DNA of 64,000 nt from an uncultured Bacteroidales bacterium. GTDB lineage: Bacteria; Bacteroidota; Bacteroidia; Bacteroidales; FEN-979. Positions 27,612 to 35,409 of the stretch are shown here, piece after piece. Every line of letters starts with the position of its first letter. The stretch's first letter is position 1. The notes under the pieces are model-generated. The model was not told the DNA's origin, ran no database searches, and saw only the letters and a list, made by a program, of their open reading frames with translations. Made by a program: the position numbers and the translations under genes. Where the stretch lies: positions 4,325 through 68,324 of the forward strand of contig CAISJJ010000044.1 of the NCBI GenBank assembly GCA_903885595.1, given 5' to 3'.

Positions 27612-28694
27612 TTTGTATCCGATTGCAGCATACCCGACCCAATGATGTAAATCAGCGATTGCAGTTTTGCCCATTTTCAGATCATCGACAGGAATGGCGG
27701 GTTGCATGATAGAGTTGCCATATCCCAGCAACACCCCTTTCAACGGGTTCGAACGCAAATTTTGTTCGAGGTAGAGTGCCGTGAGCAACCCAAAAGGCAC
27801 TGAGTACCTTCCGCACCAGGTCCATTTGTAGTCGCGGTAATTTGTGTCCTGTACAGTATACTCATTAAACTGCCTGAGTTTGCTTTTGGTTATCGCGCCC
27901 AACAGGCAATTGCTGACGATCTCGTATTCGTGAGCCAATGCCTGCTTGTAACCTGAGCTGTCGCATCCATACGGTGCATAATTTTGACCTCCCCAGTCTT
28001 TATCCCCGTAATGCACTGCATCATTTGATATCACAATGGCGATGTCCCTGTTCCAGTCCAGGTCGAGTTCCTGAACAACCTTTGTTAAAGCCAGAGCCAG
28101 TGAACCTGAGAGTTCATCCATCTTTCCGAAGGCCATGTATGGGATCAGAATGGGTACGATCTCGATTTTACGGTTATAATATTGGAGAACCGGGATAAGT
28201 GCTTCAAGCGAATGTTCTGCCTGTTGAAGTGAATCATGGATTATGTAACTGGACCGAGGCAATTTATTCATGATCTTTTCTCTCAGGATGGAGACTTTGA
28301 CGGGGCCGTAAGGCTCGGCCCATTGATCGTAACTGTCGAACACCATTTTATCACCAAGACCATACTTTTTAGCTTTGTGGGCAACCCCTAACAAAATCAC
28401 CGTTGAGGCCTTCACGTTGCGCAATACCGCCGGGTAAAGCCATCCGGCATAGGTGTAGTCATCATGCGGGCAAATCGCCACTTTCCAGGGGGTGAATTTT
28501 TTAACATTGTTCCGTTCCCAGGAATTTAAAATTTTTTGACCCTGGATATCAAATATGCGGTTCATCATTGAGTCCATCTGCCAGGCCTGGGTGGCAAAAC
28601 CGACGGGATCGACAGGTTTGCGAACCTTTTCGGGAGGTCTGCTGCCAACTACTAAAGTAAGGAGAACAAGGATGAACCAATTCCGGAGAAACAT
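27609..28694 (-). CDS. Memo-like (AmmeMemoRadiSam protein B family) paralogue with signal peptide
   Basis: Signal-like N-terminus is MFLRNWFILVLLTLVVGS. A variant Memo motif CPHDDYTYAGWLY is present, with later His-containing blocks (GVAHK, AEHSLE, DAVHYG). Confidence 0.65.
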   Translation of the reverse strand: MFLRNWFILVLLTLVVGSRPPEKVRKPVDPVGFATQAWQMDSMMNRIFDIQGQKILNSWERNNVKKFTPWKVAICPHDDYTYAGWLYPAVLRNVKASTVILLGVAHKAKKYGLGDKMVFDSYDQWAEPYGPVKVSILREKIMNKLPRSSYIIHDSLQQAEHSLEALIPVLQYYNRKIEIVPILIPYMAFGKMDELSGSLALALTKVVQELDLDWNRDIAIVISNDAVHYGDKDWGGQNYAPYGCDSSGYKQALAHEYEIVSNCLLGAITKSKLRQFNEYTVQDTNYRDYKWTWCGRYSVPFGLLTALYLEQNLRSNPLKGVLLGYGNSIMQPAIPVDDLKMGKTAIADLHHWVGYAAIGYK

Positions 28695-28722
28695 TACAAA
28701 TTACGAATTACGAATTATGAAT
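28695..28722. repeat. 7-bp tandem array TACGAAT x 4 (imperfect), directly abutting the Memo-like gene ATG
   Basis: The sequence is tacaaat tacgaat tacgaat tatgaat, starting at the nucleotide next to start codon 28692-28694. Confidence 0.8.
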
Positions 28723-28789
28723 GATCCGTAAAAGTACAGTTATTTCATTACATGACATACATTTACCTCCAATGAAACAGGTAATAGTT

Positions 28790-30816
28790 TTACAATGGAA
28801 TTGAAAAACTAAACGTGCTTCCTTTCCCGTATTCACTTTCGGCCCAGATTTTTCCACCATATTTTTCAACAAATTCCTTACACAACAGCAACCCTAAACC
28901 GGTTCCCTTCTCATTTTTAGTACCCTTTGTCGAAAAGGTTTCACCCAGGTTGAATAATTTTTTCATAGCGTCTTTTGGAATTCCTGCACCATTATCACGG
29001 ACCGAAACAACCAGTTCATCCCGGTTCTGCTCAACTGAAACCCCGATTGTCCCACCTGTGTCCGAGTATTTGATTGCATTGGCGACCAGGTTTCTTAATA
29101 CCGTTTCAATCATTGATTTGTCAGCGTAAATAATGAGATTTTTTGGGGCATCCTTAGAAATGGTAATTGATTTTTGCCTGGCTGGTTCATCTGACAGTTT
29201 TATTACGTTTTCAATTGCTTGTGCCATTTCAATGTGTTCAGGAGCAAATTCTATTCTCCCGGTCTGTACACCAGACCATTCTAAAAGATTCGTAAGCAGT
29301 TCAAATGCATTCAAGGTAGAAAGATGAACCATCGCTGAAATTTTCTCAAAGTCTTTATTGTTTTGTTCTCGGCTTCGTTCTGCAAGAATGCCGCTTAGTC
29401 CCAGGATGCTGTTGAACGGGCTTTTCAGGTCGTGGGCGATGATGGAAAATAACCTGTCCTTTGCAGCATTCGATTCTTTGAGGCCGGCTTCGCTATTACG
29501 CAGCGCCTCTTCAGCCAGTTTTCGCTTGGTAATGTCGCGCCAGCTTGACCGGCTCATTATGATATTCCCCTTATTGTCCTTTACGGCCGAAACGTTCAGG
29601 CTGATGTCGAGGATGCTGCCGTCTTTACGGCATACCTGCAATTCAGAATCGTTGACTTCACCATTGCAAATAAAACTGTGAAAAGCTTGTCTGGCTTTAT
29701 CTCTACAATCAGGGTGATACATTTCGATGACAGGCAGACCGATGATTTCATGCTTTTCAAATCCGGTCATCATTGCGGTGGTTTGGTTGCAATGAACGAT
29801 TTTCCGGGTATGAGGGTCAACCGAAAGGTACATGTCCGGTGCGTTTTCGTACAGATCCTGATACCGGGCTTCTGATTCCCTTAGAGACTCTTCGGCTTGT
29901 TTGCGTTCAGAAATATTCTGGAGAATGGCAACCATGTAATCCACATACCGGTCAGGTTTTCGCACACAACCTGCCGACAGGATAGTCCAGATGATGTCTC
30001 CATTCTTATGGATAAATCGCTTTTCGAAGTGATAGAATTCAATTTCACCAGCAAGCACCCGGTTAAACTATTCAATATCAGCCTGCTGGTCATCTGGATG
30101 GGTTAATTCAGCCCAGGTGGATTTTGTTATTCTTCCATTGAATATCCCAGCATGTCACGCAATCCTTTATTCGCCTCTAACCAGCCTTTTTCAGGAGAGG
30201 TGATGGCGATACCGATAATCGGCAGGTTGAAGGCACGCTAGAAGCGCTCCTGTATCTTTTTTGCCTCTTGTTCGCTTTCTTTCAGCTTTTGCTGATTTAC
30301 CAGGAAAGCCAGATCGCTTTCAAGATTTTGTCGAAGTTCAATAATAAATTCCTGGATGACTTCAGAAAAATGATTCTCTTTATTGTCAATTAAGCAGATC
30401 GTTCCAAATGTCTCACCATCAGGCCAGTTGACCGGATAACCAAGATACGATATCATGCCAATTTTCACATCCGGATTGTTCTTCCAGACCGGGCTTATAG
30501 TGGCATCGGGAATCAGTAATTTTTGCCGGGTTCCAATCACCGTTTAACAATACAATCCCAAACCCAGTTCAGATTTCTCTCCTGCCTTGTAGTGATTGCC
30601 TACTGAATTACTTTTTAAAAATACCTCAATAGTATCTTCATTTAATTTCATGATTAAAGCTGAAGGAATAGAGGCGATCCTGGTAATCAGATTCAACCAG
30701 TTTTGCCATTTCACAATCACGCTATCAATATTCTCTAGCACAGAAACTGAGGCTATGGCTATTTTTTTCCATTCCCCGGTCTCCCTGATCCTGACATTTG
30801 AATAGTTTTCCCCCAT
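28790..30816 (-). pseudogene. GAF-PAS-PAS sensor histidine kinase disrupted by three nonsense codons and one frameshift
   Basis: Reading the minus strand gives a GAF domain (..GLGLYC) followed by TAA at 30544-30546. The frame then continues (TVIGTRQ...QERF) to TAG at 30238-30240. It resumes (RAFNLPIIGIAITSPEKGW...GYSMEE) up to a 1-nt loss near 30128-30130. It then reads (TKSTWAELTHPDDQQADIE) to TAG at 30068-30070. The rest is intact: FNRVLAGEIEFYHFEKRF..., the H-box SIIAHDLKSP and the HATPase GTGLGL. Confidence 0.6.
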
Positions 30817-30860
30817 ATCCCTGATGACTTGTTTTGATGTACCTTTCCCCAGTTATCAAC

Positions 30861-30940
30861 TTACCAGCTTACCAGCTTGCCAGCTTGCCAGCTTGCCAGC
30901 TTGCCAGCTTGCCAGCTTGCCAGCTTGCCAGCTTGCCAAT
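30861..30940. repeat. 8-bp tandem array TTACCAGC x2 + TTGCCAGC x7 + TTGCCAAT
   Basis: Ten head-to-tail octamers were read directly. They lie between the kinase pseudogene start and the phosphatase gene. Confidence 0.9.
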
Positions 30941-30975
30941 CCCCATTCTTCCCCCAAACTTAAACAAAAAAATTA

Positions 30976-30983
30976 TATTTTTG
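30976..30983 (+). promoter_or_regulatory. candidate -7 box TATTTTTG upstream of the tyrosine phosphatase gene
   Basis: Exact TAnnTTTG, 22 nt before the TTG start at 31006. Confidence 0.4.
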
Positions 30984-31005
30984 CAAATCACCTCATCATT
31001 ATCAC

Positions 31006-31743
31006 TTGCATTCAATATTAGCCTCTCAGCCTAATTTCCGCGACCTGGGCGGGATAGTCACAATCGATGGCCGCAAGGTCAGACCTGGTCTTCTTTTTCG
31101 CAGCGGTGATTTTTTTAGCCTGGCCCCGGAAGATATAAGGAAACTTGAGGAGATGGATCTCTCGGCAATCATTGATTTTCGGGCTCACCGTGAGATTGCC
31201 GGGAGACCTGATAAACCTGTTGGAACCGTTAAAGAGATCATTCACATCGACATTCATGATGCAGCGCGTGACAGGGCTGAGAAATTTCTTGAAGAAAACA
31301 ATGCTGCCGGACTTGAAAAGGTATTGGTCCATGATTATGTCAGGATGGTTAATAATCATCAGCAGGATTTCAGAAGATTCCTGGAAATTCTGGCAAACAC
31401 GAGTCATCTTCCGCTTGTATATCATTGTGCAGCCGGGAAGGACCGTACCGGTTTGGCAACGGTCTTCCTGTTATCAGCACTTGGGGTGCCGATGCAGCAT
31501 ATATGGGACGATTATATGGCCACGAACCTGTATGCGGAATCCAGCACGCAGAAGATCATAAGAAAAGTGACGGAATCGGGGCTGAATGGTGAAATTCTGA
31601 GGCCTTTGCTCGAAGTCAGAAAGGAATATCTCGAAGCCGCATTGAATGAAATTGTTCATAAATACCGCAACTTGCAGCATTTTGTAACCGAGGTTTTAAA
31701 AGCAGATTGTGAAAAACTACAAGAGAGATATCTGACAAAATAA
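31006..31743 (+). CDS. tyrosine-protein phosphatase (Y_phosphatase3-like)
   Basis: NFRDLGG motif near the N-terminus and CX5R active site HCAAGKDRTG. Apparent TTG start at 31006; there is no in-frame ATG before NFRDLGG. Confidence 0.75.
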   Translation: MHSILASQPNFRDLGGIVTIDGRKVRPGLLFRSGDFFSLAPEDIRKLEEMDLSAIIDFRAHREIAGRPDKPVGTVKEIIHIDIHDAARDRAEKFLEENNAAGLEKVLVHDYVRMVNNHQQDFRRFLEILANTSHLPLVYHCAAGKDRTGLATVFLLSALGVPMQHIWDDYMATNLYAESSTQKIIRKVTESGLNGEILRPLLEVRKEYLEAALNEIVHKYRNLQHFVTEVLKADCEKLQERYLTK

Positions 31744-31770
31744 TTTACGGTAGTAACTGTTCATTTTGCC

Positions 31771-31805
31771 AAATCGTCAATCGTATTTCGTCAATCGTAA
31801 ATCTT
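31771..31805. repeat. 7-bp periodic array (A/C)AATCGT / ATTTCGT x 5
   Basis: The sequence is aaatcgt caatcgt atttcgt caatcgt aaatctt. It overlaps the stop codon (31791-31793) of the PEP-utilising enzyme gene. Confidence 0.7.
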
Positions 31806-34184
31806 CTCTATGATTCCCCTGTTGCCATCAAGTCGCACGAAGTCACCATCGCTGAGAAATTTCTTAGCTCCTTTGGCTCCGACAACGGCCGGAATGCCGT
31901 ATTCGCGTGCAACCACTGCCCCATGCGACAGGGGGCTGCCTATTTCTGTAATCAGTCCGGCGATGATGCTGAAATAGGGGGTCCAGCCGATATCGGTAAA
32001 GGATGCCACCATAATTTCGCCCTCAATCAATTGCTCAGCATCAGCAAGCGAATGGATGATACGGGCTCTTCCTTCAACGACACCACTGCTCACGGGTGTT
32101 CCTTTCAATTGTCCTTCAGTGATTTCAATCTTAGCTTCCTGTTCCAGCGGTTCAGGGATCCCGAAACTGATTTCTTCAAAAACCAGGTTGTCCAGTTCAG
32201 GAAGTATCTTGCGGCGTTTGTCGGCTTTATACTTCCATGCAGGATTATGATCCGCCAGCAAGGAGCCGATCTCTTGGTGGGTCAGAAAATAAATCTGATC
32301 AAGGTCGCCTATCAAACCACCTTCCAGCATTTTTTTTGCCAGGATACGGTAGCCCTTTCGTATGGTACTGACCATCTTGATGGAATAGGCTTTGGTTATC
32401 TCCCTTCTTGAAACAGCTTTACGTGCAGTAGGAATCATCGTGCGCAGGATTCTTCTCTTGATGAACGAAACATGACCAAGCGCCTCCCTTATCTCTTTCG
32501 GTGCATCGTGCCTGACATGTTTCACATCACCAATACGGACACGGGTTTGAAGGGTCCGGATGAGTTGCTGCGGATTTTCTTCCCATGTTTTTTCCCTGAG
32601 TTCCGATTCGCGTACACACCTGTGTCCATGGCGTTCAATAAATGCATTGAATTGCCTGGTTATTTCGGGAGGGGCATCGTGTTGGAGGATTTGCAGGGCT
32701 TCAGCAGGCGTTGAATCGACAAAGCGGGTTGCAAACTTTTTTTCACTGTGGATGAGTGTTGCAAAACGTTCAAGTGATTTAACAGCATCAGCGCTTTCGA
32801 TTTCCGGGATATCCAGGAGGAGCATGGTGGCAATATGATGGTCAGCAGCGGTTGGTGCGCGTTTGTCGCCGGTCATTATCCGGATGAAAACAGAATAAAG
32901 GGTGCCCGACTGCGCCGAGGTGCCCAGGTGATGTCCAAACCCAATCCCCAGTTGTTTTCTTGCAAGTTCCAGATTGTGATAAAGTTCTTCAATTGACCCG
33001 GTGGTATCGATCCTGAAACCTGATTCAAGTTTTTTCAGGGATTCCAGGTGTTTTCCAGCCCTTGCCGTGTTGATTACCTGGCGAATGAAATTGATAACCC
33101 TCACAGGCCAAATCACTTCTGGTTTGCAATCAATATTCGGAAAAACCTTTCCACTGAGGGCGAATTGCACATCGGCAGGAGTGTTGAGCCAAACTTTTTT
33201 CGGATAGTCCATCATATGGCTCATATTGATGAAGAGCCGGTTGTAGAACATCTGTATATAACGCGGTGATGTGCGGTTCCTGATTTTAAAGGCGCCGGCA
33301 CGATCGGCCAGCATGGTCATGCCATAGTCGATGGCTTCGGCACTTACCGACCAGGTGAGGGGTGTGGCAACTCCTGGCATCATCTCACCGATGTTCCCAA
33401 GGGTCCATATTTCATCGCTTTTTCCTTTTACGGCATCAAGTTCATTGTAATGAACCTCATCAAGTGCAGTAACCGGCCTTACCTGTAACCAGTGCAGGAT
33501 GCCACTGTGATCAATGGCCCATTCAAGATCGACAGCCTGTTTGAGGTGGTATTCAGCATGCAATGCACCTTCCACTATCTCTCTAAGGTGCTGTTCATCA
33601 AGGAGCCGGCCGTTTTTCCCGACTTCAAAACTGATGTTTGAGCCACTGCGGAACACTTCATAATTGTGGGCATCCTTCATGCCGCTCACCAGTTCTTCTC
33701 CCTGTCCGGCAACAGCGTTGACCATGATTTTATCGCGACGGTTATTCACTGGGTTGACGGAGAAGACAACGCCTGCCACCCGGGATTCCACCATGTTCTG
33801 CAGGATCACGGAGATCCGCAGATCCGCATTGGCAAGCCTGTTCCCGGAGTAGGATCTGACACGCCATGCTCCGGCGGCTTCAACACATTTCAGGACCGCA
33901 TCTTTGATTTCATCGAAGGTATGAAGGTTCAGGTAGGTTTCGAACTGGCCTGCAAAGGATGCTGTATGCCCGTCTTCACTCACAGCGGATGAACGAACCG
34001 CTTTTGGGCCGTCGCCCAGCCTCGATACACAGGTGTGCAGCAGTTCATCATTAATTTGTTCCTTGTCTGGGTGAACCAGTACAAAAGCATCCGGCACCCG
34101 GAGACCCAGGTTCAGCAATACCTGTAATCCCTTTGCCTTGCCCCCAACAGGCTCGTTCTGAATATCTTGAATATACTTGATCAA
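31791..34184 (-). CDS. PEP/pyruvate-binding and PEP-utilising mobile-domain protein (rifampin-phosphotransferase-like architecture)
   Basis: N-terminal ATP-grasp start is EPVGGKAKGLQVL. A long central domain follows. The C-terminal swivelling His domain is TEIGSPLSHGAVVAREYGIPAVVG. TTG start. Confidence 0.7.
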   Translation of the reverse strand: MIKYIQDIQNEPVGGKAKGLQVLLNLGLRVPDAFVLVHPDKEQINDELLHTCVSRLGDGPKAVRSSAVSEDGHTASFAGQFETYLNLHTFDEIKDAVLKCVEAAGAWRVRSYSGNRLANADLRISVILQNMVESRVAGVVFSVNPVNNRRDKIMVNAVAGQGEELVSGMKDAHNYEVFRSGSNISFEVGKNGRLLDEQHLREIVEGALHAEYHLKQAVDLEWAIDHSGILHWLQVRPVTALDEVHYNELDAVKGKSDEIWTLGNIGEMMPGVATPLTWSVSAEAIDYGMTMLADRAGAFKIRNRTSPRYIQMFYNRLFINMSHMMDYPKKVWLNTPADVQFALSGKVFPNIDCKPEVIWPVRVINFIRQVINTARAGKHLESLKKLESGFRIDTTGSIEELYHNLELARKQLGIGFGHHLGTSAQSGTLYSVFIRIMTGDKRAPTAADHHIATMLLLDIPEIESADAVKSLERFATLIHSEKKFATRFVDSTPAEALQILQHDAPPEITRQFNAFIERHGHRCVRESELREKTWEENPQQLIRTLQTRVRIGDVKHVRHDAPKEIREALGHVSFIKRRILRTMIPTARKAVSRREITKAYSIKMVSTIRKGYRILAKKMLEGGLIGDLDQIYFLTHQEIGSLLADHNPAWKYKADKRRKILPELDNLVFEEISFGIPEPLEQEAKIEITEGQLKGTPVSSGVVEGRARIIHSLADAEQLIEGEIMVASFTDIGWTPYFSIIAGLITEIGSPLSHGAVVAREYGIPAVVGAKGAKKFLSDGDFVRLDGNRGIIEKIYD

Positions 34185-34232
34185 TTTCTGGAGATAAATC
34201 GGAAAACTAGCTACTTTATGGACAAACCCGGG

Positions 34233-35243
34233 TCAGACCTTATACTTATCGGCGTGAAAACCAAATTCTACCATTCCAACGCCATCAGATCCATCAAATT
34301 TATAGGTGCCAATACCTTCACGCATCATGTATTTGTCATCATGCAGGTAGGGAAATTCTCCATGGCGCCAGAATTCCATGTGGTGGGTTTTGCCACTGCG
34401 GGTTTTTATTTCGACCATTCCATGATCGGGGAGCAGTTTTTCTTTCGACACAGTTTCAAGGTCGGTGCAGTCCACGATAGCATCTGTCGTGCCATCTGCC
34501 GCAGTGATGAATCCTGCGATAAGTCGGCCCAGGAACTGCCACTTGATGGTGGTAACTGTCCAGTGAATGCCGGCATCAGAAACTCCGGTGATCCAGTAAT
34601 GACGGTCCCAGGTGTGCCAGTTCCGCGAACCAAATGAATGATCACGGGAGGCCATCATATTCAGATTGTGTGTTCTGTCATCCAGGATGATCGTTCCTTT
34701 GAAGGAACCGGTTTGTTCGTAGTGCACCTGGTGTGTGTCTTTCAAGTGGAAGAAGAATTCCCTGGTCCATTTTTCTGAAGCAATTGCTTGTGCAATAGCG
34801 CTGTGGTCAGAACTTTTGGCAAAATCATAGATCGGATGGTCGCCGGTAAAAACGAGGTTGGTCTTGCAGGCATGGGCTTTGCCATCGCGGCTGTAAACAA
34901 CTCCTTCGTAAGTGACCCGCCAGATTTTACCTACTTCGATAGGTTCCCATTTTAAGGTGCCTTGCTGAAAACCCTTGCCTTCAGTACCGGGTGAACTTGT
35001 AAGTCCAAAATACCCATTCCCTTTTAAAAAGAAATCGAACCAGTATTCGTTAGGGCGCTTTGGTTCACGAAATGCCATTCTGGTGATAAAAGCGTTGCCA
35101 TCCTTGTCACCGCCATAAAAATAAGAGCTGTCGTTAGGGTAGGGTTGGTTTTGGTCAACATGTTTCTGCTCAAGATAGTCGACAGGGAATTGCCTGCTTT
35201 TGGTATGTTTCACCATCTGCCGGGCGATTAGATGCTTTAGCAT
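34233..35243 (-). CDS. hypothetical protein (Trp/His-rich, no recognisable motif)
   Basis: 336-aa ORF with ATG start. It lies 48 nt upstream of, and co-oriented with, the PEP-utilising enzyme gene. Confidence 0.5.
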   Translation of the reverse strand: MLKHLIARQMVKHTKSRQFPVDYLEQKHVDQNQPYPNDSSYFYGGDKDGNAFITRMAFREPKRPNEYWFDFFLKGNGYFGLTSSPGTEGKGFQQGTLKWEPIEVGKIWRVTYEGVVYSRDGKAHACKTNLVFTGDHPIYDFAKSSDHSAIAQAIASEKWTREFFFHLKDTHQVHYEQTGSFKGTIILDDRTHNLNMMASRDHSFGSRNWHTWDRHYWITGVSDAGIHWTVTTIKWQFLGRLIAGFITAADGTTDAIVDCTDLETVSKEKLLPDHGMVEIKTRSGKTHHMEFWRHGEFPYLHDDKYMMREGIGTYKFDGSDGVGMVEFGFHADKYKV

Positions 35244-35409
35244 TTGAGGGTTTTTTAGGCTGCAAACTTAGGAATTAATCCTTAGACTGGCAAGTGTATT
35301 ACCCTTACAATCTGAATTAGGGACGGCATAGAATGTTTGATATTCCAGCCGATCAGAAAGTTAAGTTAGGTAAACCACACCTATTTTCCTAAACGAAAAC
35401 CTGCAAAGT

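Noticed and set aside
28790-30816. Stop-codon reassignment or programmed readthrough as an explanation for in-frame TAA and TAG in the sensor kinase
   Set aside because: TAA, TAG and TGA all terminate well-conserved genes elsewhere in the window. The locus also carries a 1-nt deletion, so a pseudogene is the simpler reading.
30861-30940. Possibility that the short tandem arrays are CRISPR arrays
   Set aside because: The units are 7-8 bp and directly head to tail with no spacers. There are no cas genes in the window.
30824-31034. Two 65-66-aa track ORFs translating to QLASLPAC repeats
   Set aside because: They are read-throughs of the 8-bp tandem array. The unit is not a multiple of 3, so all frames cycle. 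There is no credible start context, and the region is a divergent intergenic spacer.
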